A DNA stretch of 64,000 nt from Fidelibacterota bacterium (GCA_045560235.1 JBJKZP010000002.1:18332-82331); one strand, 5' to 3'. Counted from the first letter of the stretch, positions 46,875 through 57,067 are shown. Program-made: numbers and translations. The notes: generated by a model from the sequence alone, not told the origin.

Positions 46875-47267
46875 GTGAATAACATTTCAGAATATTCAGA
46901 GTTAGTTCAACCTACGCACATTAATACTGCTGGAACACTTTTTGGCGGGTATATGCTAGCATGGCTCGATCTAGCAGCAGCGAAAGCAGCATCAGAGTTT
47001 TTAGAACAGACTGATGCATGGGGAGCGGTTACTCGCGCATTGGATAAGGTTGAATTTAAAGAGCCAGTTTATCTTGGAGATTGGGTGAAATGTAAATCAC
47101 AAATAATTCAAGCTGGAAATACTTCTGTCAAAGTCCAAGTTCAGGCTTTTGCACAAAGCAAAGATCACGGTAAAAGACTCGCTTGCACTGCTGACATTAC
47201 TTTTGTTGCAGTAATCAAAAATGAAGCAGGAGATTTAATCAGCTTTAAACACAATCTAAGCTTATAA
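46875..47267 (+). CDS. Acyl-CoA thioester hydrolase (YciA-like hot-dog)
   Basis: PTHINTAGTLFGGYMLAWLDLAAAKAA motif. 130 aa. GTG start. Confidence 0.75.
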   Translation: MNNISEYSELVQPTHINTAGTLFGGYMLAWLDLAAAKAASEFLEQTDAWGAVTRALDKVEFKEPVYLGDWVKCKSQIIQAGNTSVKVQVQAFAQSKDHGKRLACTADITFVAVIKNEAGDLISFKHNLSL

Positions 47268-47279
47268 AGGAAATTAAAA

Positions 47280-48719
47280 ATGGCACATATTAAAGAATTA
47301 AAATTTTTAAAAAATCATAAAGAATTGGTTGACGAAAACTATAGTATGGTTGCAGTACCTACATTTTCCGATACAATGGATAAAGATTTAGCTCAACTAT
47401 TTAAATCGCAAAATAAAACCGGAAAAGTCGGTGAATTAGTGTTTGAAATAGATAATGATTCAAGAGTAGTTTATTATGGCCTTGGTAATTCTTCAGAAAA
47501 AACTCCTGAAAATTTTCGTAGAGCAGCTGGTGAAATTGTAGGATATGCCTTAAAACATAAATACAATGATATTGCTGTAGAGTGTCCTGTTTCAGATGAA
47601 GGCGAGTATTATTGTCAAGCTTTTTCAGAGGGTCTAATTTTATCAAGCTATAGGTTTTTAGACTATTTTACAGATCAAAGAGGAGATTATCATTTAAATA
47701 GCATTACTATGGTTGGAGCTTGCAATGAAGAAGCAGCAAAAAAAGGAGTAATTATTGGTAGCGCTGTTTGCGATTCTAGAGATTTAGGAAATCATCCAGG
47801 CAATGTTACTACGCCAACCAGATTAGCAGAGTTTGCTACAGAGGTTGGAAAGAAAGGTAATATGAAAGTTACTATTTTTGATAGAGAAGAATTTACAGAG
47901 ATGGGAATGGGATCTTTTGCTGGCGTTGCGCAAGGCACTAATGAGCCTCCAAAATTTATTATCATGGAATATTCTGGCGGTAAAAAAAATGAAAAACCAA
48001 TTATGCTTGTTGGTAAAGGTTTAACTTTTGACACTGGAGGCGTTTCTCTAAAACCAGGATTAAACATGGATCAAATGAAATTTGATATGTGTGGATCAGC
48101 TGTAGTTTTCGGAGTTATGAATGCAATTGCTGAATTAAAACCAAACATGAATGTTGTTGCAATAGTTCCGTCAACCCATAACATGCTAGGCGGTTCTGCA
48201 TATAGGCCAGGAGATATTCTTACAGCATACAATGGAAAAACAATTGAAGTATTAAACACTGATGCAGAAGGAAGATTGATTCTTGCTGATGCGCTTGCAT
48301 ATGCAAGCAAGCACTACGATCCAGAGTATATGCTTGATTTTGCAACCCTTACAGGTGCAGTTGTAATTACGCTTGGTCACATAGCAACAGGATTAATGAG
48401 TAATAATGAATCGTTGGTTGAAAATATTAAAGTTTCATCAGATAACACCGGTGAGCATGTGTGGCAGTTACCACTTTGGGAGGAATATTGTGACCAAGTA
48501 AAATCTGAGGTTGCTGATGTCAAAAATTTAGGATCTCCAGGTCAAGCTGGAACTATAGCTGGAGCTGCTTTTTTGAAAGCTTTTGTTGGCAAAGATATTC
48601 CATGGGCCCACTTTGACGTAGCTGGAACCTCATATCATGTTGAAAATAGAAGCTACATTCAAAAGAATAGTGCTTCAGGTCAAGTGATTAGGCTGGTCCT
48701 TGATTTGATTGGTGCTTAA
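47280..48719 (+). CDS. pepA: Leucyl aminopeptidase (M17)
   Basis: VGKGLTFDTGGVSLKP, NTDAEGRLILADAL and LTGA motifs. Confidence 0.95.
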   Translation: MAHIKELKFLKNHKELVDENYSMVAVPTFSDTMDKDLAQLFKSQNKTGKVGELVFEIDNDSRVVYYGLGNSSEKTPENFRRAAGEIVGYALKHKYNDIAVECPVSDEGEYYCQAFSEGLILSSYRFLDYFTDQRGDYHLNSITMVGACNEEAAKKGVIIGSAVCDSRDLGNHPGNVTTPTRLAEFATEVGKKGNMKVTIFDREEFTEMGMGSFAGVAQGTNEPPKFIIMEYSGGKKNEKPIMLVGKGLTFDTGGVSLKPGLNMDQMKFDMCGSAVVFGVMNAIAELKPNMNVVAIVPSTHNMLGGSAYRPGDILTAYNGKTIEVLNTDAEGRLILADALAYASKHYDPEYMLDFATLTGAVVITLGHIATGLMSNNESLVENIKVSSDNTGEHVWQLPLWEEYCDQVKSEVADVKNLGSPGQAGTIAGAAFLKAFVGKDIPWAHFDVAGTSYHVENRSYIQKNSASGQVIRLVLDLIGA

Positions 48720-49436
48720 ATGAATAAATTATTTAAGAATGATATTTCTTTAGATCAAAAGAATCATAAATATATTCTTGAAAGTAGTCCTGATTTCAAA
48801 TTTTCTAGCGTTACAGAGTTTATACACCATTTTTTTGAAAAATTTGATCAAGAAAAAGTTGCAAGAAAATTAATTAATACTCATCCAAAATATAGCGGTA
48901 AAACAGTAGTTGAGGTAATTAAAGAATGGGGTAAGGGTGCGGAGAGGGGTACAATTGTTCATAATGAATTAGAGATGTTCATTAAAGAAAATATTACTCC
49001 AAAACATCCAATGTCTGTTACTGGAGTTCAGTGGGTTAAAGAAAAACAAAAGAATCCACATAACACCTTTTATTCTGAGGTTGTAGTATATTCAAAAGAG
49101 CTAGGAATCGCAGGAACAATTGATGTCCTAGTTTATAATAGCGAGCAAGATATGTATCATTTAGTAGACTGGAAAACTAATAAGCGTATTGATAAAAAAT
49201 CATTCAGAAAAAAAAGAGGTCTTCTAAGCTCATCCAAACATTTAGAGGATTGTAATTTTATACATTATTCTCTACAGCTTACATTTTATAGATATATATT
49301 AGAACGTTTTTATGGACTTGAAATAGGAAGTCAAACATTATTCCATCTTAAAGAAAATAATCAATATGAGATTTATAATGTTGATTATAAAAGTGAAGAT
49401 TTAATTAATATGCTTAGAGAGAAAGAATTAATTTAG
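48720..49436 (+). CDS. PD-(D/E)XK nuclease (phage RecB/Cas4-like exonuclease type, no Cys cluster)
   Basis: Ordered motifs GTIVHNELE, AGTIDVLV, HLVDWKTNK (D-x-K) and YSLQLTFYRY (QxxxY). The ATG directly abuts the pepA stop. Confidence 0.75.
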   Translation: MNKLFKNDISLDQKNHKYILESSPDFKFSSVTEFIHHFFEKFDQEKVARKLINTHPKYSGKTVVEVIKEWGKGAERGTIVHNELEMFIKENITPKHPMSVTGVQWVKEKQKNPHNTFYSEVVVYSKELGIAGTIDVLVYNSEQDMYHLVDWKTNKRIDKKSFRKKRGLLSSSKHLEDCNFIHYSLQLTFYRYILERFYGLEIGSQTLFHLKENNQYEIYNVDYKSEDLINMLREKELI

Positions 49437-49452
49437 AAATATTATAATATTC

Positions 49453-49944
49453 TTATTTTATACTAACTCTTTTTTCTTGAATTAGTTCACAGCCCGGAAC
49501 ATCTTCACCATTTTTTAATGCTTCTTTTATTTTACCTTTATCAATTGATTGCAATTCTTTGGTTTCAATATAGCTTGATGGAATGTTTTGTTCATTAGTA
49601 ATAACAACTTTATGAGGATTATTTTGAAGAGAAATAGTTATTTCAGAACTTTCTACTTTTTTTGTATTTGTTTTTTCTAGATTATATCTTAAATATTCTT
49701 TTAGATGTTTAACTTTAGACTCTATTGAGGTTCTTCGTTTATATTGTCTTGATTCTGCTTCTTTAATTCCGGCAGCTGTGTGTTCTAAATTTTTAATAAA
49801 TTTAGCAACGTTAGTAGTTTTCAATTTGAATTCACCTTCAAGCGATTCTAACGTATCTTTAACAGACTGATCATCAAGATCAGTTAAGTTTTCAAGAGCT
49901 TCTTGAAATTCATCCGCAAGTTCATAAAGACTAGGTAAAGACAT
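49453..49944 (-). CDS. Siphovirus Gp157-like protein (Sipho_Gp157 family)
   Basis: 163 aa. Acidic coiled-coil N-terminus (LYELADEFQEALENLTDLDDQSVKDTLESLEGEF). C-terminal IDKGKIKEALKNGEDVPGCELIQEKRVSIK matches the family's conserved tail, as I recall it. Confidence 0.65.
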   Translation of the reverse strand: MSLPSLYELADEFQEALENLTDLDDQSVKDTLESLEGEFKLKTTNVAKFIKNLEHTAAGIKEAESRQYKRRTSIESKVKHLKEYLRYNLEKTNTKKVESSEITISLQNNPHKVVITNEQNIPSSYIETKELQSIDKGKIKEALKNGEDVPGCELIQEKRVSIK

Positions 49945-49953
49945 AGATTAATA

Positions 49954-49989
49954 TAAAAAAAATACCCTGAAAAAATCAGGGTATTTTTG
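49954..49989 (-). terminator. Rho-independent terminator of the pnt operon
   Basis: ATACCCTGA-aaaaa-TCAGGGTAT. On the minus strand it is followed by a long T tract. It lies 55 nt downstream of the pntB stop. Confidence 0.75.
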
Positions 49990-50042
49990 AAATGGATTTA
50001 AAAAAAGATTATTGATTGATTTTGCTATTAAGAAAGATAATA

Positions 50043-51437
50043 CTAATCTAATTCTTTTATCTCTTTAAGAAGATCGTTAAGCATGTCTTTTGCATCGCCA
50101 AAAACCATAATAGAATTATCATATCCAAATAATTCATTTTGAACTCCAGCAAATCCTGGGTTCATACTTCTTTTGTTGATAATAACGGTTCTAGATTTAT
50201 CAACGTTCAGGATAGGCATTCCATAGATTGGACTTGATTGATCATGCCTTGCGGCAGGATTGACAACGTCATTAGCTCCTAAAATTAGCGCAACATCACA
50301 ATCTTCAAATTCAGGATTAATTTCATCTAAATCTTTTAGTACATCATAAGAGACATTTGCTTCAGCTAGTAATACATTCATATGTCCAGGCATTCTTCCA
50401 GCAACAGGGTGAATAGCATACAATATTTTTTTACCCATTGCCTCTAAAGATTCTGCTACTTCTCTAGCAACATGCTGAGCTTGTGCAACAGCTAAACCAT
50501 AGCCTGGAACAATAATAATTTTTTCAGCAGCATCAAGAATCATTGCGGCTTCAGTAGTTGAATAGCTTTTAATATTGACTTCTTTGCCGCCTTCACTACT
50601 TCCGGAGGTTTCCGCTGCTCCAACCGCTCCAAATATAACATTTGCTAAAGAACGATTCATGCCTTTACACATTATATTTGTAAGAATAAGACCAGAAGCT
50701 CCAACAAGCGATCCACTGATAATAAGTGCATTATTACTGATTAGAAATCCAGTAGCGGCAGCAGCAATACCAGAGTAAGAATTAAGTAATGAAATCACCA
50801 CAGGCATGTCTGCTCCTCCAATAGGTATAGTAAGACCTATTCCAAGAAGTAGGGCAAGCACTATAACAATATAAAATGCATTTAAATATCCACTGTAAAT
50901 AGATGATTCAAAAAATAATCCTGGAGCAAGAATTATAGATACAGATAATAAGGCAATTATTGCATTTATAGCTTGTTGACCTTTAAAAGTGATTGCTCTT
51001 CCGGAAATAAATCCTTGAAGTTTACCAAATGCAACAAAGCTTCCTGTAAAGGTTAGCGATCCAATAAAAACGCTTAAACAAACAATAATGAAAGGACTGT
51101 TTGGTGAGGATAGAAACTCTGAGGATGCTACAAAAGCTGATGCTGCTCCTCCTAATCCATTAAAAATAGCAACCATTTGAGGCATCTCGGTCATTTGAAC
51201 TCTCGTTGCAAAAATTAAACCAATTACAGCTCCAATAACTACACCAGTAAGTATTAGAGAAAAGTCAAATTCTTTTCCTGGGTAAGTTAGGGTTGCAATA
51301 ACTGCAATTAACATTCCAAGAGAAGATAAAAGATTCCCGCTTCTTGCAGTCTTGGGATGAGATAGCCTCTTAATCCCTAATATAAAAGCAATAGCTGATA
51401 CTAAATAAAGTATGTTTGTTATTTGAATAGCTTCCAT
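50043..51437 (-). CDS. pntB: NAD(P) transhydrogenase subunit beta
   Basis: 464 aa. N-terminal polytopic membrane domain plus a C-terminal NADP(H)-binding domain (VPGYGLAVAQAQ, GANDVVNPAA). Confidence 0.95.
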   Translation of the reverse strand: MEAIQITNILYLVSAIAFILGIKRLSHPKTARSGNLLSSLGMLIAVIATLTYPGKEFDFSLILTGVVIGAVIGLIFATRVQMTEMPQMVAIFNGLGGAASAFVASSEFLSSPNSPFIIVCLSVFIGSLTFTGSFVAFGKLQGFISGRAITFKGQQAINAIIALLSVSIILAPGLFFESSIYSGYLNAFYIVIVLALLLGIGLTIPIGGADMPVVISLLNSYSGIAAAATGFLISNNALIISGSLVGASGLILTNIMCKGMNRSLANVIFGAVGAAETSGSSEGGKEVNIKSYSTTEAAMILDAAEKIIIVPGYGLAVAQAQHVAREVAESLEAMGKKILYAIHPVAGRMPGHMNVLLAEANVSYDVLKDLDEINPEFEDCDVALILGANDVVNPAARHDQSSPIYGMPILNVDKSRTVIINKRSMNPGFAGVQNELFGYDNSIMVFGDAKDMLNDLLKEIKELD

Positions 51438-51438
51438 A

Positions 51439-51720
51439 TTATTTCTTCTTAAACATTTTTAACATTCTATCAGTAACTAAAAAACCGCCAACTACATTAA
51501 TTGTAGCACAGATTAAAGCGGCAAGACCTATATATTTACTTGCATCTCCACCGTCAACTAAGATTGCGAGAATAGCACCAACAATAGCGATACCTGAAAT
51601 TGCATTAGATCCTGACATTAGAGGAGTATGAAGTGTTGGTGGAACTTTATTGATAATTTCATTACCAACAAAAACAGCAAGAATAAAAATCGTAATTAAA
51701 CTAACAATATCAATTTGCAT
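51439..51720 (-). CDS. pntAB: NAD(P) transhydrogenase alpha subunit part 2 (membrane segment)
   Basis: 93 aa. VPPTLHTPLMSGSNAISGI motif. Sits between pntAA and pntB. Confidence 0.85.
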   Translation of the reverse strand: MQIDIVSLITIFILAVFVGNEIINKVPPTLHTPLMSGSNAISGIAIVGAILAILVDGGDASKYIGLAALICATINVVGGFLVTDRMLKMFKKK

Positions 51721-52841
51721 TACATTGCCTCCTTTGTAGGCTCATGACGAACCACACCATTTTCTAAAAATAACATTCCATCAATAATTTCATCTTCCTT
51801 GTCTAGCATAAATCCATCTTCAGAATGACAGTGATCAATTATTGCTTCAATATTTTTTGAAAATAACTGACTAGAATGAAAAGCCATTGTACTTGGTATA
51901 TTAGCATTTCCATCAATCAAGACACCACCATGATTTACTACTTCATTTGGTGATGTTAATTCACAATTTCCGCCATTTTCAGCAGCTAAATCCATAATAA
52001 CAGATCCTGGCGACATTGTTTCTACCATATCTTTAGGTATTAGCATTGGCGCAGGTCTATTAGGTATAAGAGCAGTTGTAATAACAATATCTGATTTACC
52101 AACTCTTTCTTTCATCAATTCTTGTTGTTTGGCTTTGTAATCATCGCTTGTTTCAGAAGCGTATCCTCCAGAACCAACACCATCATCCGAATCACTGTCT
52201 ACTTCAACGAATTTTGCTCCAAGACTTTCAACTTGTTCTTTTACTTCAGGTCTTACATCAAATGCTTCTACTTGGGAGCCTAATCTTTTGGCTGTTGCAA
52301 TTGCTTGCAAGCCGGCAACACCTGCTCCAATAACAAGTGTTCTAGCGGGAGAAATAGTTCCTGCTGCTGTCATTAGAAGAGGCATATATTTTCCAATATG
52401 ATTTGCTCCAATTAGAACTGCTTTGTATCCAGCAATATTAGCCTGCGAACTTAAAACATCCATTTTCTGCGCAAGAGTAGTTCTTGGAAGTAAGTTTAAA
52501 GAAAAAGCTGATACTTTTTGACCAGCTAATCGTTTCACACAATCAATTTCTTTGATTGTTTGTAATAGAGAAATAAATAATGTTCCATCTTTAAGAGATA
52601 AAATTTCTTCCTTTGAAGGTGAGTTAACTTTGCAAACTATATTGCAATCAAAAATTTGATTTTTATCAACAATTTTAGCACCTGCATTTTTGTAGTCGTC
52701 ATTAGAATAATTAGCATTTAAGCCTGAATCAGATTCAATGAAAAATTCATATCCTTTTTTTGAGAGCGCAGAAACGGTTGATGGCACAATCGCCACCCTC
52801 ATTTCATTTGTTTTATTTTCTTTTAAAATTCCAATTTTCAT
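51720..52841 (-). CDS. pntAA: NAD(P) transhydrogenase alpha subunit part 1 (NAD(H)-binding, alanine-dehydrogenase-like)
   Basis: RVAIVPSTV, VIGAGVAGLQAIATAKRLG Rossmann motif. 373 aa. Confidence 0.9.
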   Translation of the reverse strand: MKIGILKENKTNEMRVAIVPSTVSALSKKGYEFFIESDSGLNANYSNDDYKNAGAKIVDKNQIFDCNIVCKVNSPSKEEILSLKDGTLFISLLQTIKEIDCVKRLAGQKVSAFSLNLLPRTTLAQKMDVLSSQANIAGYKAVLIGANHIGKYMPLLMTAAGTISPARTLVIGAGVAGLQAIATAKRLGSQVEAFDVRPEVKEQVESLGAKFVEVDSDSDDGVGSGGYASETSDDYKAKQQELMKERVGKSDIVITTALIPNRPAPMLIPKDMVETMSPGSVIMDLAAENGGNCELTSPNEVVNHGGVLIDGNANIPSTMAFHSSQLFSKNIEAIIDHCHSEDGFMLDKEDEIIDGMLFLENGVVRHEPTKEAM

Positions 52842-52930
52842 AACAATAAAATCGAGGTAAAATTACGCATTTCGTAGCAATCATCAAGAACTTTATTCAT
52901 AATAAATATTTTTTTTAATTAAATTTAATT

Positions 52931-53875
52931 ATGGAATTATATCCCAAAGCCAAAGTTTTTAATTCTTTCAATTTAAAAGTATCTGATTTACATACAATTT
53001 TTGTTGAAGAATCAGGAAATAAAAATGGAAAGCCTGTAATATTTTTACATGGCGGTCCAGGGGGAGGAATTAGTTCTAGCTACAGACAGTACTTTAATCC
53101 TGAGAAATGGAGAATAATTATGTTTGATCAGCGCGGTTGCGGTAAAAGCACTCCATTTGCTGAATTGAAAGAGAATACTACTTGGGATTTGGTTGCAGAT
53201 ATTGAAAGAATTAGAGAGTATCTTGAGATTGAAAAATGGGTAGTTTTTGGAGGAAGTTGGGGAAGTACACTATCTCTAGCTTACAGTCAAAAACACCCTT
53301 TGTCTTGCAAAGCGCTTATACTTAGAGGAATATTTTTAGTAAGAAAAAAAGAGATTGATTGGTTTTATCAATATGGAGCAAGCAACGTCTTTCCAGATAG
53401 ATGGGAATCTTATTTAGCCCCAATTCCTGAGCATAAAAGAAATAATTTATTAAGCGCATATTATGAAATTTTGACTGGCGATAATCATCGAAAGAAAATT
53501 GAAGCAGCAAAAGCTTGGAGTACATGGGAGGGAAGTTCTGTTAGACTCATTTTAGATGATGATTTTATATCTGATTTTGGTGATGAAAAATTTGCTGAAG
53601 CATTTGCAAGAATTGAATGCCATTATTTTATGAATAATTGTTGGCTTCCAACTGAAAATTATTTAATCGAGAACGTGGATAAAATAAGAAATATTCCTGC
53701 AGTTATAGTTCATGGTAGATATGATATAATTTGTCCTGTCGTTCAAGCTTGGGATTTACATAAGGCATGGCCGGAAGCAGATTTACATATTATTCCTGAC
53801 GCAGGACATTCAATTTATGAAGAAGGTATTAAGAATAAGCTGCTTGAATACACTGATAAGTTTGTAGAATTGTAG
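52931..53875 (+). CDS. pip: Proline iminopeptidase (S33)
   Basis: HGGPGGG, GGSWGSTLSLAY nucleophile elbow, and a C-terminal GHS motif. Confidence 0.9.
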   Translation: MELYPKAKVFNSFNLKVSDLHTIFVEESGNKNGKPVIFLHGGPGGGISSSYRQYFNPEKWRIIMFDQRGCGKSTPFAELKENTTWDLVADIERIREYLEIEKWVVFGGSWGSTLSLAYSQKHPLSCKALILRGIFLVRKKEIDWFYQYGASNVFPDRWESYLAPIPEHKRNNLLSAYYEILTGDNHRKKIEAAKAWSTWEGSSVRLILDDDFISDFGDEKFAEAFARIECHYFMNNCWLPTENYLIENVDKIRNIPAVIVHGRYDIICPVVQAWDLHKAWPEADLHIIPDAGHSIYEEGIKNKLLEYTDKFVEL

Positions 53876-53876
53876 T

Positions 53877-54482
53877 CTATATTAGGCTTGATACAATTGC
53901 CAATAATGACCCAAGTAAAAATGTTGTATTACTTGCTATATCCGATCCAGCTATTAAAAAACCAATAAGTACTAAAAGTTTATTATTAAATTTTAGTTTA
54001 GTTTTCTGACTGTCAGATATTTCCAATTCATCGATATCATCATTTTTAATAGAAAGCGTAGTATTTACAGCTGAATCTTTAGATATTTTATTTTTAGAAA
54101 TAATTTGATTGTTCCTAAGGAGAAATTGAATACTTTTTCTTTTTGGCATATCTATTTCAAAAGATTCAATATTTTCATTAAGCTGAAGTGCTATCTGCGT
54201 TGATTCTTCAGTATTTGAAATTTCTACACTTTTTAATGAATCATTTTTATAATTAGAAATTGCAAGACTATCTGACTTTGCATCATAAATGGTTATATAA
54301 AACCATTCAGAAGAATACCATGCAGTTACATTATTAAGATTTAATTTTTTATTTGAATCGAGTAAAATGACTGTTCCGTTATTTTTAGATTCTACATGCA
54401 ATTTTTTTATAGTCTGATTTTGAGACAAAACCGGAGTACAAAAAAACAAAAATAAAACAGTTAGTATTAGATTATTTTTCAC
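53877..54482 (-). CDS. Hypothetical exported protein with a C-terminal hydrophobic anchor
   Basis: Signal peptide MKNNLILTVLFLFFCTPVLSQ and a C-terminal TM-like LLVLIGFLIAG...LLAIVSSLI. No recognisable family. Confidence 0.45.
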   Translation of the reverse strand: MKNNLILTVLFLFFCTPVLSQNQTIKKLHVESKNNGTVILLDSNKKLNLNNVTAWYSSEWFYITIYDAKSDSLAISNYKNDSLKSVEISNTEESTQIALQLNENIESFEIDMPKRKSIQFLLRNNQIISKNKISKDSAVNTTLSIKNDDIDELEISDSQKTKLKFNNKLLVLIGFLIAGSDIASNTTFLLGSLLAIVSSLI

Positions 54483-54529
54483 CTAATGAATATATTATTT
54501 GTTTAGATTCATATGAAACAATTTTATCA

Positions 54530-57067
54530 ATGAAAAGTTCACAAATTAGAGAATCATTTATTAGCTTTTTTGAAAGCAAAAACCATAAACGGGTTTCAAG
54601 TGCGCCTGTATTACCAATAGGCGACAAGTCTTTATTGTTTACAAACGCTGGTATGAATCAATTCAAGCCAATTTTTTTAAATACTCAAGAGCCAACCAAT
54701 CTTCGAATAGTTAATAGTCAAAAATGTATTCGCGTAAGTGGAAAGCATAACGATTTAGAGGAGGTTGGAAGAGATGGGTTCCATCATACTTTCTTTGAAA
54801 TGTTGGGTAACTGGTCATTCGGCGATTATTACAAAAAAGAAGCTATAGAATGGTCTTGGGAGCTTTTTACAGAAGTGTGGAAGCTTGATAAATCAAAATT
54901 ATGGGTTACAGTTTTTGAAGAAGATGACGAAGCATATAATTTATGGAAAGATTGTACAGATATCAATCCTGCAAGAATTATAAGGTCTGGAGCTAAAGAT
55001 AATTTTTGGGAAATGGCCGAAACAGGTCCATGCGGTCCTTGTTCAGAGATTCATTATTATGTAGGCGAACATGCTAATAATCAAAAAGCTGAAATGGTTA
55101 ACAATTCACCTGATTATTGGGAGTTATGGAATCTTGTATTTATTCAATTTAATAGATTAAAAGATGGAACAATGGAAGATCTTCCAAAAAAACATGTAGA
55201 TACAGGCGCTGGTTTAGAAAGAATTTGTTCAATTCTTCAAGATAAAGATTCTAATTATAAAACAGATCTTTTTTCAGCAACAATTAAAGATTTGGAAAAA
55301 TTGTCAGGAACTAGGTATAAAGATTTTGAAATTACTTATAATGTAATTTGTGATCATATACGTATGTTGTCTTTTGCTATTGCTGATGGCGTAATTCCTT
55401 CAAATGATGGAAGAGGATATGTTGTTAGAAGAGTATTAAGAAGGGGATCAAAATTTGCACTTAATCTTAAAAGCAATGAACCAATTTTATATAAATTAGT
55501 TGGTTCGGTAGTAACTACAATGTCAAGCCATTATCCAGAGCTAAAAGAAAAGCAGCAATACATTGAACAGACAATTTTGAGTGAAGAAAATTCATTTTTA
55601 AGAACCCTTGAAAAAGGTGTTATACAATTTGAAAAAATTATTGAAAATACTTCTGCAGATATAATAAATGGTAACGATGCATTTAAATTATATGATACAT
55701 ATGGCTTCCCTTTAGATTTGACAGAAATGATGGCTGAAGAAATTGGTAAAAAGGTTGATGTTGAAGGTTTCAACAGTAAAATGCTAAAACAGCAAGCTTT
55801 GGCAAAAAGTGGTCAAAAATTTTTAATGGATAATGCGAATATTAAATGGGAATTAGCTTTAGATAAGAAGCATTCTAATTTTGTAGGGTACGATAAAATG
55901 AAAATATCTTCAGAGATGGTAAATTATGCTTTAAATGAAGATCATATTATTATAGTGTTAAAAGAAACACCTTTTTATGCAGAATCTGGCGGTCAAATTG
56001 GAGACACTGGAATAATAAAAAATAATGATTTTACCGTTGATGTTGAAGATACTCAAAGAGATGGAGATTTTATTATCCATATTTGCAGTCTTAAGAATGG
56101 ATCTATTAGAAAAAATCTTGATGTAGATTGTGAGGTTGATCTAAATAGAAGATCTGATATTAGGTTAAATCATTCTGCTACACATTTACTTCATCAGGCT
56201 ATAAAAGATGTATTGGGTAATCAGGTAAATCAAGCTGGCTCTTTAGTACATCCAGAATATCTTAGATTTGACATAACGCATCCAAATAAAATTTCAAAAG
56301 AGGATTTAAAGGCAATTGAAGATATAGTAAACAAAAAAATTAAAGAAAATATTCCGGTAGAAACAAGCATCAAAAGTCTTGAGGACGCTAAAAAAGAAGG
56401 AGCAACTGCTTTATTTGGAGAAAAATATGGCGATAAAGTGAGAGTGTTGTCAATGGGTTCATATTCGATGGAGCTATGTGGGGGTACTCATGTTTCTAAT
56501 ACCGGAGAAATTCAAAAGTTTAAAATAAAACACGAAAAAGCTATTTCGGCTGGAGTTAGAAGAGTTCACGCCATAACACATAAGCAGGTTGATTTTTTTG
56601 TGAAAAAGAAAGCAGAAGAATTAGGTCTTCAAGAGCATGCGCATGAAAAGAAAGAATTAAAGAGAAAAAATCAGTTATCACTTCTAGGAGCAGTTGATAT
56701 TGAATCAATCTTAAAAGATAAAATTTCTATAAATAATATAAATTTTTTGATAGCAGAAGTAAATTTAGGCTCAGCAGGAGATCTTAAAGAAATTAATAAA
56801 AGGGTAAGAAATAATTTTCTTTCTGGAATAGTCTGTCTATTCACAGAAGTTGAAGATAAAAAAACACTTTCTATTGGTGTATCTGATGATTTGATAAAAA
56901 AATCAATTATTGCTGGAGATTTGGTTAAAGAGATATCTATGCAATTAGATGGAAGTGGTGGTGGAAGAAAGGATTTTGCTATGGCTGGAATTTCCTCACA
57001 AAATTCAACAGCAAAAATTAATGATGTTATAAAAAATACAATTAAAACTATTTTGGAGAAAATATAA
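54530..57067 (+). CDS. alaS: Alanine--tRNA ligase
   Basis: FTNAGMNQFK, HHTFFEMLGNWSFGDYYK, editing-domain HSATHLL and CGGTHV motifs. 845 aa. Confidence 0.97.
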   Translation: MKSSQIRESFISFFESKNHKRVSSAPVLPIGDKSLLFTNAGMNQFKPIFLNTQEPTNLRIVNSQKCIRVSGKHNDLEEVGRDGFHHTFFEMLGNWSFGDYYKKEAIEWSWELFTEVWKLDKSKLWVTVFEEDDEAYNLWKDCTDINPARIIRSGAKDNFWEMAETGPCGPCSEIHYYVGEHANNQKAEMVNNSPDYWELWNLVFIQFNRLKDGTMEDLPKKHVDTGAGLERICSILQDKDSNYKTDLFSATIKDLEKLSGTRYKDFEITYNVICDHIRMLSFAIADGVIPSNDGRGYVVRRVLRRGSKFALNLKSNEPILYKLVGSVVTTMSSHYPELKEKQQYIEQTILSEENSFLRTLEKGVIQFEKIIENTSADIINGNDAFKLYDTYGFPLDLTEMMAEEIGKKVDVEGFNSKMLKQQALAKSGQKFLMDNANIKWELALDKKHSNFVGYDKMKISSEMVNYALNEDHIIIVLKETPFYAESGGQIGDTGIIKNNDFTVDVEDTQRDGDFIIHICSLKNGSIRKNLDVDCEVDLNRRSDIRLNHSATHLLHQAIKDVLGNQVNQAGSLVHPEYLRFDITHPNKISKEDLKAIEDIVNKKIKENIPVETSIKSLEDAKKEGATALFGEKYGDKVRVLSMGSYSMELCGGTHVSNTGEIQKFKIKHEKAISAGVRRVHAITHKQVDFFVKKKAEELGLQEHAHEKKELKRKNQLSLLGAVDIESILKDKISINNINFLIAEVNLGSAGDLKEINKRVRNNFLSGIVCLFTEVEDKKTLSIGVSDDLIKKSIIAGDLVKEISMQLDGSGGGRKDFAMAGISSQNSTAKINDVIKNTIKTILEKI

